This document shows, in pieces, positions 9,214-20,185 of a stretch of 64,000 nt of DNA. Numbering within the stretch: the first letter of the stretch is position 1; the number at the start of each line of letters is the position of its first letter. The notes beneath the pieces are model-generated. The model had not been told where the DNA came from, made no database searches, and worked only from the letters and a program-made list of their open reading frames with translations. This DNA comes from a virus (Duplodnaviria; Caudoviricetes), in IMG/VR virus record IMGVR_UViG_3300013947_000019, positions 96,001-160,000 of that record, one strand, 5' to 3'. Position numbers and translations under genes: made by a program.

Positions 9214-10440
9214 TTATCCAATTTGTTGTAATTGGAAAGATGTACTATGTATATAAGAAGTATCTTGGCCAGTACCCTGTCGATATATTTCAGTAGTCCA
9301 TCTCATTAATCGATATGTATCACCACTATCCAAACCAAGATCAGTAAACATGGATCCGCACTGGAATGTGATAGTTTTAAAAGGTTTAATAAAACTTAAA
9401 GCTGTATTATTAACGCTCACTGTTACGCATCGATTGTATATTGACTCATTTATATATTGTGCACTAGTCTGCTCATTTTCATTATATACATAAATTGAAC
9501 TTGTAGACTTTGTATCAAATGTTTCTTTAGTAACAGAACCATCTTTATTTACAGTAGTTACTGTACCAAATTTTTGTGTACTACTTTCAGGACGTAAATC
9601 ACTAATAGTAGGTTGTTGATCAAAATTGATATAGTGTGTTTTAGTATTAGGGTCACTACAGCTACCATTCAGATCTCTGTCAGGTATATTTAAGTTTTGA
9701 TAAATAAATGTGATATTACCAAAATCTTTCGCTCGTTGTAATGTAACATTTGGGTTATATCTATCAATTAAATATACTTTATCGAAATCATAGAATAGCA
9801 ATGGATCACTACTATATAAGCCGTATCGTTTATTCAATTCTTTTATATTATCAGATAATGTACCAAAACTTAATACACAACTAGTCATAATATAATCTTG
9901 AACAGGAGGAGTAGCGATAATATTTTGACTTGGGAAGTTTCTCATCTGGAATAATGCATGAAGAACTGCAGCTTTAGATACGTTACTGTAGATAGCTGTA
10001 TTCTTTTGAGTAAATTTCTTAATTACTTCCATATCAACCAGATACAGTTCAACTTCCTGTAAACTTTTCATCGGGTCAGTATTACTTTGAGTAATAGTGT
10101 CTTGACTCGTAATGAAGTTTGCCATATCTTTTGCTGGTATTGCTCTGAATGAATGCTGGAACCATAAACTAGTACCAACAACTCGATCTTTTAAATCATA
10201 TTGATATTCGTACATATCAAATTTGATCATAGCTGTTTCTTGGTATTCATAAAACTTCTGTATCATTTTCGATGGCATTTCCATCTTAATGTTGATCATA
10301 GGATGGAATCGACTCATATAATCAGTTTCCATCTGCATGTAAGTGATACATCCATTTCTAAAATGATAATTAGCATCTAATGTCATAACAACATTCCTGA
10401 TACTATATCGATATTTATATAATTGAATCATTCTGTTCAC
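9214..10440 (-). CDS. Hypothetical protein, possibly tail/baseplate
   Basis: 408-aa ORF with RBS. Function is a weak guess. Confidence 0.4.
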   Translation of the reverse strand: MNRMIQLYKYRYSIRNVVMTLDANYHFRNGCITYMQMETDYMSRFHPMINIKMEMPSKMIQKFYEYQETAMIKFDMYEYQYDLKDRVVGTSLWFQHSFRAIPAKDMANFITSQDTITQSNTDPMKSLQEVELYLVDMEVIKKFTQKNTAIYSNVSKAAVLHALFQMRNFPSQNIIATPPVQDYIMTSCVLSFGTLSDNIKELNKRYGLYSSDPLLFYDFDKVYLIDRYNPNVTLQRAKDFGNITFIYQNLNIPDRDLNGSCSDPNTKTHYINFDQQPTISDLRPESSTQKFGTVTTVNKDGSVTKETFDTKSTSSIYVYNENEQTSAQYINESIYNRCVTVSVNNTALSFIKPFKTITFQCGSMFTDLGLDSGDTYRLMRWTTEIYRQGTGQDTSYIHSTSFQLQQIG

Positions 10441-10448
10441 TCCTTTAC

Positions 10449-11654
10449 TCAGAATGAATAGTTGAAGAAACCGCCAAAACCATCAGTATAGTCATTACTC
10501 ATAGATCCCCACGGAGTATCCCAATTATTATATGGTTCTGACATATTTAGATTTGTGATATCCAGTAGTTGTTCACTTGCATTAATATCTGATAATTTAT
10601 CGTTGATTTCTTCTAACCCAGTTTGATCATATAAATCAATATGACTCTTCCATAGATTAATTTTCTGTGCATCAGTCATAGCCGCCTCACAGAGATCTAA
10701 ATTTAAAATACGATAACGATTAATCATATTTTCGGGGAGCATCTTTAATTCAGCACTACTACCTTTCTTGATATACTTACCAAACTCTTTTAAGAAAGAC
10801 TGAATACTTACTTGCCCAGAAAAGAACCCACTATCAGCCATCGGGTTGATAAGTTTAACTGCATCTACTATTCCATTGGCAAATTTTGACGCTTTTAAAT
10901 CAATATCCGAGCATCCACCCACACACCATATAAATGGAAGATTCTGCGCATGTAAATTTTCACTAGCCCCCGTTTTACGGCCTTTCAGAATACCATTTTT
11001 GAAAACTGTACCATTTGAGATTAAATATGAATCATCTCTTTTATTATATAACACAGAGCAATTCGGATCTATTAATTGTGTAGTCAGTAAGTTTCTACTA
11101 AAAATCAAATGATAACAATCCCGATATTTATTACTTTTCATGACATGGGTCATTGCAGTATAATCATCTACTCCATCACTTGAGATTAAATAGATCCCAT
11201 CAAAGTATGGTACTAATCCGGCAATAAAATTCATTGCATCCATAATTAAATGATTTATTCCATCAAATGCTGGATTTTTACCTTTTAGTAAATTATACCA
11301 ACTTTTGCGATAATCTTCAAATATCATAGTTTGGTATGCTGGTTGTGAATGATTAAAATAAATCATAATACTATTACCCATACCAAGACGAGTAATAAAA
11401 TACCTCCGATAATGTCCAATTGTGTTCATAAAAGAGATTACCAAATCTTTTACAGCTACATCATATGGGACATTTTGGATTACATCAAGATCTTTTTCTC
11501 GATACAATCTATATAATATAGAACTGGCATCCACGTGAAATACCAGATGATTTTCTCTTGGGATATAAACAGAATGGAATATCTCATCTAGGACAGTATA
11601 TTTAATACGAGATCTTCCAATTAAATAATGAATCATTGAGAATACAGTATCCAT
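10449..11654 (-). CDS. PIN/5'-3' exonuclease-like protein, possibly degenerate
   Basis: VFHVDASSILY N-terminal strand, GVDDYT, and GGCSD H3TH-like segment. Confidence 0.4.
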   Translation of the reverse strand: MDTVFSMIHYLIGRSRIKYTVLDEIFHSVYIPRENHLVFHVDASSILYRLYREKDLDVIQNVPYDVAVKDLVISFMNTIGHYRRYFITRLGMGNSIMIYFNHSQPAYQTMIFEDYRKSWYNLLKGKNPAFDGINHLIMDAMNFIAGLVPYFDGIYLISSDGVDDYTAMTHVMKSNKYRDCYHLIFSRNLLTTQLIDPNCSVLYNKRDDSYLISNGTVFKNGILKGRKTGASENLHAQNLPFIWCVGGCSDIDLKASKFANGIVDAVKLINPMADSGFFSGQVSIQSFLKEFGKYIKKGSSAELKMLPENMINRYRILNLDLCEAAMTDAQKINLWKSHIDLYDQTGLEEINDKLSDINASEQLLDITNLNMSEPYNNWDTPWGSMSNDYTDGFGGFFNYSF

Positions 11655-11753
11655 ATAATAAGATATTCCTCCTTTCTAAACAGTGTCTATATAGTGTTGT
11701 CGACAAAAATGGAGAAAAAGAAAAGCCCAGGGAAACCCCTGGGCGATTCCTAT

Positions 11754-12032
11754 TTAGCCAAGATCTTCCAAGCGCTCCAACAGAAGCTTCGTGTGAATGA
11801 TCTTAGCAACCTGGAAAGTATTATACTCTCCAGAAAACTGCTTCTTGATAGACTCCTTATAGGTATTCATCCAAGCAGCCAGCTTATCGTACGTATCGAA
11901 ATGTTGGCACTTGTTAATATCAGAAGTCATAACCAGCTCAGCATTATATTCATCGAATGCCAGATAGCTGGGAGTATTGGTAGTAATGCTGATTGCCTCA
12001 ATCACATAAAATTCCTGCATGTTGCTTACCAT
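11754..12032 (-). CDS. Small hypothetical protein
   Basis: RBS gggagag; followed by terminator gcccaggg/ccctgggc near 11725-11744. Confidence 0.6.
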   Translation of the reverse strand: MVSNMQEFYVIEAISITTNTPSYLAFDEYNAELVMTSDINKCQHFDTYDKLAAWMNTYKESIKKQFSGEYNTFQVAKIIHTKLLLERLEDLG

Positions 12033-12055
12033 ATTTATTCTCTCCCTTCAGATAT

Positions 12056-12328
12056 TTACTGGATTAATTGTTTTACTGTTTCAGTTGTTCTGACTTTAAT
12101 GATAGCAAAATCAGTATAGCTTTCCTGATTAGCTAGAAAAGATTTAACTGATTCCCAATTACGTTGTGCAGATTCAAGATCTACATAACAATATCCTTGA
12201 GATCTATAAGGAACCCATTTAGGTTCATCAATATCTCCACCAACATAGTACTTACAATGATCCAGTGTGTTAGTTGCAATGATCATCCAGTATATATTAT
12301 CGAATATAACATCACTTTCTCTGATCAT
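12056..12328 (-). CDS. Small hypothetical protein, loosely similar to 11754-12032
   Basis: Coupled start/stop with the upstream ORF; similar length and pattern. Confidence 0.6.
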   Translation of the reverse strand: MIRESDVIFDNIYWMIIATNTLDHCKYYVGGDIDEPKWVPYRSQGYCYVDLESAQRNWESVKSFLANQESYTDFAIIKVRTTETVKQLIQ

Positions 12329-12654
12329 ATGAAACTCCTTGTCTTAAATGGGTCCAGAACTCCAGATTCCATCCCTGCTTCATCCACTACTACAAGACTG
12401 TAATTAATACAAGCCTTGTTGCTGGGTTGCTTAACAGGAATAGCCAGAATCCAGTATCCATCCTTAACTATTATATCTGTGTCCTGTCCAGAATGGATCT
12501 TAATCTTATTATTGATATACATAACAGTAGCATCAGGATATACCTTATGTACAATACCTTTTGTGAAATCCACAATACCAAGAGTAGGGCTAACCTGCAC
12601 ACCTCTGGTTGCTCGAGGGAGCTTATACTTTCTGATGATATCATTAATACTCAT
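12325..12654 (-). CDS. Small hypothetical protein
   Basis: RBS ggagagg. Confidence 0.6.
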   Translation of the reverse strand: MSINDIIRKYKLPRATRGVQVSPTLGIVDFTKGIVHKVYPDATVMYINNKIKIHSGQDTDIIVKDGYWILAIPVKQPSNKACINYSLVVVDEAGMESGVLDPFKTRSFI

Positions 12655-12721
12655 CTTTATACCTCTCCTTCTTTAGGTTTAATTAAAGAAAGGGAGAGGT
12701 ATAAGTCCTCTCCCAATCTTT

Positions 12722-13195
12722 TTACTTCTTGTCTTTCTTGTTCTTCTTTTTCTCCAGTTCATCAACAGGTGCACAGTTTTGATCAATCCAATCAAGATAT
12801 TTTGATACACTGTCCTTAGGAAGATTGAAGATCTTACGGATCCTATCAACCGTATCCTCAAAACCAGTAAAATCTTTCTCATTGAATAGATCACTACGAT
12901 CCTTGATTATTTTCTGGTAAGCTTTGATAAATCTATCGATTGTCTTCTCCTTATAGTTTGCACCATCGATGCCAAGGATGGTTTCAGGAGAAGTCTCTGC
13001 TTCAGGATTAGAAAGATATTGTGCATATATCTTATCAATTTCCCAAGCAGCAGATACTAATGCCGAATACTCACGCTTAAAGCTCATATTCGAATTAAAC
13101 TTACCATTGGCTCTATCAATGAAAGTATAGGTTGGGCACATTGTCATGAACATAGGATGGAACGCTGGATCATTAACCGCCATAAAACTAAGTTG
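12722..13195 (-). CDS. RNA polymerase beta-prime N subunit, exon 2
   Basis: Begins CAA CTT AGT (QLSF) immediately after the intron terminal G. Splicing gives ADFDGD-QLSFM, matching the NADFDGDQM motif. Confidence 0.85.
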   Translation of the reverse strand, partial: QLSFMAVNDPAFHPMFMTMCPTYTFIDRANGKFNSNMSFKREYSALVSAAWEIDKIYAQYLSNPEAETSPETILGIDGANYKEKTIDRFIKAYQKIIKDRSDLFNEKDFTGFEDTVDRIRKIFNLPKDSVSKYLDWIDQNCAPVDELEKKKNKKDKK

Positions 13196-13623
13196 CAAAA
13201 TCTTAACCTCTATACCATAACATAGAGTAACTCATCAGAGTTCTCTGGGAATTTACCCAGATGTTGAGACTATATCTCCACCCACTTATTTCAGTTGGGG
13301 TGCTGGCCGCTTCGAAACTCATGGATTTCGAGTTTCTACTCTACTCACTTCGTGTATATTTCTATACCTTATTTTCAACCCTGCTAATTTATATTAGCTC
13401 TTATGGATTTATAGCTTTCGATAGTCGTTGAACCTTCCTTAAGAAAATTAAGGCTTGGCTGCTAAGATTATACATTGTTAATGAATACTTAGGATTTAAC
13501 CATATATTCATCCTATCACTTGTTTCTACTTTCGTAACCATATAGGCTGATAGGCATTAGCATTTCCCAGCAATTCAACCAGTTTATACACGCACATTCC
13601 TGTACGCTGAGACCATATTGTTA
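13196..13623 (-). mobile_element. ORF-less group I intron (428 nt) in the RNAP active-site motif
   Basis: P1 GAGAU/GUCUC with U-G at the 5' splice site. Core motifs aattgctgggaa, agcagcc, gttcaacgacta, agatatagtct. Ends in G and restores the reading frame. Confidence 0.9.
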
Positions 13624-14889
13624 ATCTCCATCAAAGTCTGCAGCCAATAAAGGTAGAATATCAGGTGGCAGATGCATCGTCATATCATATCCATCATCAT
13701 GAATCTTTCTGACTCGTACGTACAAGATAGAAGATTCACTAATAGTAGGATTTCGATTGATCAGTGCCCAGACACCATGTCCATCCTTTAAAATTTGATT
13801 AATGATCTTGGCAAATTTCTCATTTCGTTGAACAGCATTCTCTTGCACAAGAGAGATTGCTTTAGAAATGGGAATATTATCTAACATCGATAACCGCTTT
13901 GCGATCTTTTCCTCATACAGAACCATCATGGTTTGATAAGGAATATCAACTTCATGAGGCATCAGATCTGTGCCAAGAGAGATAACCATTCGAGAGGTAT
14001 AATCGATTCGACCAGATGCCAAACTTTTGCGATATACGCCACCCTTACCATTCACCTGTTCTTCAACAAAGGCAGTAATATCATTCCAGTCTTTCTGGAT
14101 CTGGTTCAAAGTACGCTGTACCTCAGTGATACGTTTCTTGGCAAAGATTGGTCCAGTAATCAACGCATTGCGATTATTAACGATAGACAGATACTTTTTA
14201 TTCACATCCAGAATTGTCATATTCATACCAAACGTCATCAGCGGACGAAGTCTGGCAGAATAGACAGGAATCTTAGACATGAATGCATACTTCTTTGGTA
14301 ATCCAGTCAGAGGTTCATATTTCTCCTCATATTCCTCATATACTGTTTCGATAGTAGGCTTACCATCATCGATAATTTTACCAGAAGTATTGATACGTTT
14401 CACAGAGTTGACAAGATCATTCATCACATCCTTCTTCAGGACACGATACAATGCATTCCATCCGTGATACGTAAGAATATGATAAGGAGCAATGTCAATA
14501 TAACCAGTAGTCCGAAGATCTCCATCGGTCACAGCGACAACCTTCTTACCGCACACTGGGCAGATCTCACCAAGATGAGCACCACCCACAAGAGATTGAC
14601 ACTCACAAGAATAATACGGACGATCCTGTGTAGTATCAGAACCAAATCGAGAGGAAAAGATACCATCGATCGGTTTCTGTGTACCATTTACAAAAATCTC
14701 CGGATTAGAGATATCAATCTGCTGTCCACGTTTTCTCTGTTTCTCGTACTCAGCATCATGATCCACCATAACAAGTCGTACTGCATTGATTCTCTTCTTT
14801 GTTTTATATTCAAACAAAGGAGAAGGCTTGAATGTAGTAAACTTATCACGGTTCACGATATTGAGTCTTCCAGGAGTAGACTTAGCCAT
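13624..14889 (-). CDS. Phage RNA polymerase beta-prime N subunit, exon 1 (spliced product about 579 aa)
   Basis: DGIFSSRFG, zinc finger CEC...CPVC, GRIDYTSRMVI, NRNPTI, ADFDGD. Confidence 0.92.
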
Positions 14890-14901
14890 ATCCTATCCTC
14901 C

Positions 14902-15531
14902 TTAGTGTTCAATAACTGTAATAGGAAATACTCCAGGTACATCCATGTTCAGTTCCTTTGCAGATTTTACCTTCATGAACTCCAGGTATCTCTTCTGTGC
15001 TTCAGGAGTCAGGTCTTCGTAGTAAATTTCAAAGATCTCAGAATCTTCTTTAGGAATTTCAATATCAGAGATCTTCATAAGAACAATTTCAGTCTCATAG
15101 GGAGGATGCTCTCCAACTCGGACTTCCTGGAACTCATACTCTTCTCCATCACCAAAGTTAATGGAGTCATGAATATCGATACAATGCCCTGCAACCGTTG
15201 CAAGCTTGTTGGTGATCTCACGACCAAGAGGATTCGTTCTAACAAGAACATGTCCCCAGTAATTTACCACGGGTTCCATTCTCTCCAAATCATACGGGTT
15301 ACCATAACCATCCTCACGGATATAGAATACAGTATATCCGATAGGGGCAGTTCGGATACGATCTCCCGCGCAGATCAGACATTCCATACCAAGGATAGAC
15401 CCCTTGGTATATTTGCACTTCTTAAAATCTACATGCTCGCTCATTTGTAATATCCTCCTTTCAAATCTCCACCTCACTGATTTTTGCAAACCAGTGATTA
15501 TACAGGTCAGGATCTTTTCGATTCTCGACAA
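14902..15531 (-). CDS. Hypothetical protein; true start probably near 15444 (MSEHVDF)
   Basis: aaggagg RBS precedes the internal ATG. Confidence 0.55.
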   Translation of the reverse strand: MSRIEKILTCIITGLQKSVRWRFERRILQMSEHVDFKKCKYTKGSILGMECLICAGDRIRTAPIGYTVFYIREDGYGNPYDLERMEPVVNYWGHVLVRTNPLGREITNKLATVAGHCIDIHDSINFGDGEEYEFQEVRVGEHPPYETEIVLMKISDIEIPKEDSEIFEIYYEDLTPEAQKRYLEFMKVKSAKELNMDVPGVFPITVIEH

Positions 15532-15763
15532 TACAGAATGCAGTATTATGATCGAAATACGTAGATCCCATACCCGTTAAAACAGACGTACTGGAAATTG
15601 CGCCAGTTTTATGCGCAGATTTAATTTTTTCTCTATTTTCAGGACCGAGTTTTGATGCAAGTTTTTGCACCATGTATTCTTTTGCTGCAATGTGATTGTC
15701 GAAAACAATCGGATCAAAGATCCTATCTCTAATAGCCTCCATGTAAATATATTTCTTACCCAT
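15461..15763 (-). CDS. Small hypothetical protein
   Basis: RBS aaggagg; downstream of an AT-rich promoter motif. Confidence 0.6.
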   Translation of the reverse strand: MGKKYIYMEAIRDRIFDPIVFDNHIAAKEYMVQKLASKLGPENREKIKSAHKTGAISSTSVLTGMGSTYFDHNTAFCIVENRKDPDLYNHWFAKISEVEI

Positions 15764-15792
15764 ATAAATAACCTCCTTTAATATACTACATG

Positions 15793-15806
15793 TATAGTAT
15801 ATATCT
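15793..15806 (-). promoter_or_regulatory. Putative early promoter AGATATATACTATA (representative copy)
   Basis: Identical 14-mer at 15793, 21225, 33526 and 42964. Variants at 25836, 27770, 54234 and 61609. All are intergenic and upstream of minus-strand genes. Confidence 0.65.
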
Positions 15807-15853
15807 GAAATTGAGTTCCCCGGCAGTGGTAGCCGGGGAATCTCTTTTTCATT

Positions 15854-18625
15854 TTAGGATACTTCCAGAATATCATTTGTTTTGGTATTAAGTCCAGTAT
15901 GCTTATATCCAGGAAATCCGATAAAGCTTACGTTCTCTAAGCTTTCATAAAATTCTACACTATGTGTAATAATAAAAGCTTGACTAATACCAATCAGCGA
16001 CATCTGTTTAGAAAGGATATCTACAAATAATGCTTTATTAGCTGGAGATAAAGTTTGATCACTTTCATCGAATGTTACAATAGAATATCGATCAATTAAC
16101 TTACTGATAATTGCTAGACTGATAGCAGTAGCAATAGTAGCTCTCTGAGAAGAAGAAGCAAAAGCTACATCACTACCAACTTCACCTGCATACTCAAATG
16201 GAATTGTGAACTCTTTATCCGTAATGATAAATTCATGAAGTCGGAGTTTACCATCAAACGTATTCAATAACAATTCATTTGCAGTCTGATAAATATCATA
16301 AAAATAGATATTCAGTAACTCTTTACGAATACCCTTACCAGGCTGTACCAAACTTCTCATGATATCTACAATCAAGAAGTCTTGATCGATTTGAGTCTTT
16401 TCTGCTTTCAGTTTTAACAACTCAGCAAGTTCAATTTCAATCTCTCTTTTCATTGGAGATAACTCATTGATCATGCTATCCAGTCGAATCAGATCAGCAT
16501 CCAGATCCTTGCACTTGGTCACCAAATCTCTAATAGAAGTAATCTCTTTCTCTTGAGCTGATGCTTTTGTTGTCAAATCTGTATTCTTTGTGATAATCTC
16601 TCGATACTTCTCAAGACCAGAGTTAATCTCATTCCAATATCCAAGTTTAGCTTTATATATACCAAGAATGCTACTAGTTGAAATTAAACTCATACTGATA
16701 CGATCTCGTTCTTCTACTAGCTGATTACGAGATTCCATAAGTCGTTCAATATGATTCTTCATCATCTCACGATTGGAACCATATACTTTTGCAATCTCGA
16801 GTGCTCGATCAATATCTGGTATCAATTGAGTAGTAATTCGAATATACAGATCTTTTTCGGACAGAATAGCTGCTAATTGCTTCAACTTTAAAACATCAAG
16901 AAGATTACCCCATGTACCATTCGCAATACTCTTATAAATATCATTTAAGGTAATCCCCAGATATTTCTTCAGACCATCTTCATGCTCATGGAGATATGTA
17001 ATTAAATTCTGTGCACTCTCCATAAGTTTCATACGATCTTTCCAACTATTTAAATCTTTCTCAGAAGTTTCAATCTCTAAACAGATCTTACTATACTCTT
17101 CTTTTAATTCAGCAATCTCTGCAGAGATATGACTCCATTTAAGAGCATTCGCAATAAATGGACAAGTATCAATTCGGCAATCAGTAGGCCTCTGTGTCAG
17201 TATATCTTGGAACTTCCGATATTGTTCTTTCTCGATAATCTGTCGATATAAAACATCTTTATTTCGTTCATCATCCTCAATCTTAATAGATAACCATTCT
17301 GCACTAGCAATATATTGATCTGATAATACTTTTTGATCTTGATTAATTTGTGCAAAATATTCGCTGACCAGATTGTTATACTCATCATATAAACTCTGGA
17401 TCATGAAGTTCATAGTAGAAACTGCTTTAATCAATGCTACACATGCATCATATGACATGGACTCATACTTCTCTTTATCTTTTGTATAGCGAAGTTCTTT
17501 GAGCTGCATCTCATAACTAATCTTAGTTTCTTCTAATTCCTTTGCATCCTGTGTTTGAATACTGAATAATACTGATTCAGATTCAGAGATTTCATTTTCT
17601 GCTTTAGCTATACTATTCTTCAGATTATCAAGTCTGGAACTAGCTGATTGAATATTAGATTCTGCAGTAGCTACTTTGCGCTCCAGTCTGGATATCATTC
17701 TAGGAGCAGGATCTGCACCAGTATATAAAATATCATTATCAGGATCAATCCCAAGACTCAGTTTATCGTATAGTCTATGAAGGTTTCGTTTTATCTGTGT
17801 GATTTGATTATCATTCTGTGCAATATCCATAACCATTTGGTTATAATTATCCACCAGAACTTTGATATCTTTACCATGAGATAATTCACGAACCCGGCCT
17901 TCGATTTTACTAAGTTTCTTCAAAGTTTCATCTCGATCAATCTGTGCATCAGTTAATGCTTTTGCTACACGCTTATAATCGCTATCTAAAGAATCTTCAT
18001 CTCTGATACTCATAATCTTCTGAGAAATATTACGCATCAAATTTCGAAGTTCTTTATACTTATCATTGATTGTATTATAAGCCAGTTCAAATCGACCTGT
18101 ATTTGGAATCAATGAAGCTACATTTGCTTTGCGTTCACCATCTGTCATACTGACAATACCAGCTACAGCATCACTATAGGAAGCAAAGTTTACATAGTCT
18201 TTTGTGATACCAAAATATGTCATCAGTAATGCATTATATGAGGTTACATTACCATTAGGGTTTAATTCAATCGCATCTTCATCTGGATGTTTCTGTAATG
18301 CAAGATAACATTTGGCCAGATGACTTCCATCTGGCCTTGGCATATAAACACACTTACTGATCAAAAATGATCCGTCATCCCCCTTATATGACCGGATGAG
18401 AGAACCTTCCTTTCCAGGAACAACGAATTTGGTCCTACCATCGGATGGTGTATGGAGGGGATGAATTAAAGACAAAAATGTGGATTTACCACTTGCATTA
18501 TCGCCACATACGACTAAGATACTTTTATCTTGCATATCGGATAGATCTATGGTTAAATTCTTTTTACCAAGACCTGACATAAATCCGATAATATTTGTTG
18601 CTTGAAAACGGATAAGCCTGTACAT
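15854..18625 (-). CDS. SbcC/Rad50-like SMC ATPase
   Basis: Walker A GDNASGKST, long coiled coil with central CRIDTCP, signature-like SSSQR, Walker B VTFDES, IITH. Confidence 0.88.
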   Translation of the reverse strand: MYRLIRFQATNIIGFMSGLGKKNLTIDLSDMQDKSILVVCGDNASGKSTFLSLIHPLHTPSDGRTKFVVPGKEGSLIRSYKGDDGSFLISKCVYMPRPDGSHLAKCYLALQKHPDEDAIELNPNGNVTSYNALLMTYFGITKDYVNFASYSDAVAGIVSMTDGERKANVASLIPNTGRFELAYNTINDKYKELRNLMRNISQKIMSIRDEDSLDSDYKRVAKALTDAQIDRDETLKKLSKIEGRVRELSHGKDIKVLVDNYNQMVMDIAQNDNQITQIKRNLHRLYDKLSLGIDPDNDILYTGADPAPRMISRLERKVATAESNIQSASSRLDNLKNSIAKAENEISESESVLFSIQTQDAKELEETKISYEMQLKELRYTKDKEKYESMSYDACVALIKAVSTMNFMIQSLYDEYNNLVSEYFAQINQDQKVLSDQYIASAEWLSIKIEDDERNKDVLYRQIIEKEQYRKFQDILTQRPTDCRIDTCPFIANALKWSHISAEIAELKEEYSKICLEIETSEKDLNSWKDRMKLMESAQNLITYLHEHEDGLKKYLGITLNDIYKSIANGTWGNLLDVLKLKQLAAILSEKDLYIRITTQLIPDIDRALEIAKVYGSNREMMKNHIERLMESRNQLVEERDRISMSLISTSSILGIYKAKLGYWNEINSGLEKYREIITKNTDLTTKASAQEKEITSIRDLVTKCKDLDADLIRLDSMINELSPMKREIEIELAELLKLKAEKTQIDQDFLIVDIMRSLVQPGKGIRKELLNIYFYDIYQTANELLLNTFDGKLRLHEFIITDKEFTIPFEYAGEVGSDVAFASSSQRATIATAISLAIISKLIDRYSIVTFDESDQTLSPANKALFVDILSKQMSLIGISQAFIITHSVEFYESLENVSFIGFPGYKHTGLNTKTNDILEVS

Positions 18626-18690
18626 ATACTCACCTCATAGAGATGTCGTGTGATATGGTAAAAAAGAAAGGGCCCGAAGGCCCCATCTTT

Positions 18691-19356
18691 TTACACAAGA
18701 GTCGGTACAGACTTATTCGTAAACAAGTCTGCAGCTCTTTCAGAGAGGTGTGTAAGGTTCTTCATATTCAGTTCCTCACGCACCTGCTTCAGTTTATTAT
18801 CTTTAGCAACTTCCCAGTTGTGAGAACCCTCAGCCTTCATAACAGTTTTCTGCTCATCAGCCAGAGCGATCATAGCTTCCCGATAATCAGCAAATGCTTT
18901 ATTAAAGTTATCAGATGCAACACCATCCAACTTGTCGATCATCTCTTCAACCAGATTACGAATCTTATTAATATCAGGTTCATCCATAACAGAGAGCATT
19001 GCATTCAACCGATATGGATCCATATCCTTCATAGTAGTCAGATCCATCACAGGAAGATTTGTACGAATAAAGTCCAGAATCAACTGTGCCTCTTCAGGCT
19101 TACTCATACAGAGTTCATATACAAGAGAAAGGAGCATGACAGAATTGTTCATGCTCATCTTTTCATTCACTTTGGCAGTCTGCATACGAGCTGTATTACG
19201 TGCAGTCAGCTTATGAAGCTTATATACACGATTCATCAGATTACCAAGACCAATCATAGTGGTCACAGTAATCAGTACTGCACAAATCACTACGATCAGA
19301 ACTACCAGATAATTATCAGAGATAAAACTCTGCAAAGTTCTCCACATGTCATTCAT
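18691..19356 (-). CDS. Membrane-anchored hypothetical protein
   Basis: N-terminal hydrophobic helix followed by a helical domain. Confidence 0.6.
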   Translation of the reverse strand: MNDMWRTLQSFISDNYLVVLIVVICAVLITVTTMIGLGNLMNRVYKLHKLTARNTARMQTAKVNEKMSMNNSVMLLSLVYELCMSKPEEAQLILDFIRTNLPVMDLTTMKDMDPYRLNAMLSVMDEPDINKIRNLVEEMIDKLDGVASDNFNKAFADYREAMIALADEQKTVMKAEGSHNWEVAKDNKLKQVREELNMKNLTHLSERAADLFTNKSVPTLV

Positions 19357-20185
19357 CGTTCATATCCTCCTCATTATTGTTAGAGTTTTTATTAGTTTCG
19401 AGAATCGCTTCATTGATCATATCTTCTGCATCAATCAATTTGTCAGGATCAATATCATAAGGTTCACCATTTGGATAGATAACCAACATTGATCCATCTT
19501 CAAACATCGGATTAGATACACCAGGTTTATCACGAATAATAAGAGCCATTTCCATTTCCCATGTGTCTGTACAAGCCATAGCTCGAGAAGGACTCATAGC
19601 CTTATTAATAAGAATACCACGTTTGATGTTATTCATCATATTGGTACCCTCAATACCACTTGCTTTATTCATTGCAAGAGCTTTCAATCTCTTACCATAA
19701 GGAGCAAATGGAGCATCCTTCAAACGAATTCCCATCTTGACAAGTTTATTCAAGAAATCATCATTCGTTCGCAGAGGAGGCATAAAGCTATCACCTTTAG
19801 ATACATCAACAGTCAGCTCTTTGAACTCATCTGGTTCAATATCATTTCCGATAATTGCGGAGACCATGTTCTTTACTTTATCGGGCTTATAATGCTGCGC
19901 TTCATCCCGACGAGGATAGATCATCTTTACATGCCACCTGTTATATTCATCACGCTTCAGATAAATACCAGGTTTACGATGACCCCATGGTTCTCCTTTC
20001 TTAATCACGCCTCGATATGGAAAGATACCTTTTGTCATATCGGTATTGATTCGATATGCCATATTTAACCGGAATAGATCCGGCCCATCCTCTTCAATAT
20101 CTACCAAGTCAGGCATATCTGCTACAGTATACATTGTAGAGTCAATAAAGATGGCATCAAAATCAAGTTTTGATTTGCTGCTCAT
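19349..20185 (-). CDS. Hypothetical protein
   Basis: 278-aa ORF, translationally coupled to neighbours. Confidence 0.6.
   Translation of the reverse strand: MSSKSKLDFDAIFIDSTMYTVADMPDLVDIEEDGPDLFRLNMAYRINTDMTKGIFPYRGVIKKGEPWGHRKPGIYLKRDEYNRWHVKMIYPRRDEAQHYKPDKVKNMVSAIIGNDIEPDEFKELTVDVSKGDSFMPPLRTNDDFLNKLVKMGIRLKDAPFAPYGKRLKALAMNKASGIEGTNMMNNIKRGILINKAMSPSRAMACTDTWEMEMALIIRDKPGVSNPMFEDGSMLVIYPNGEPYDIDPDKLIDAEDMINEAILETNKNSNNNEEDMNDE

Noticed and set aside
12722-14889. RNAP beta-prime as a pseudogene or two separate genes
   Set aside because: The gap has group I intron motifs and splicing restores DFDGDQ in frame.
14902-18625. Chimallin (nuclear shell) gene upstream of beta-prime N, as in phiKZ
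   Set aside because: Only small ORFs and the SbcC-like gene lie there. Nothing is recognisable as chimallin in this window, though it could lie elsewhere.
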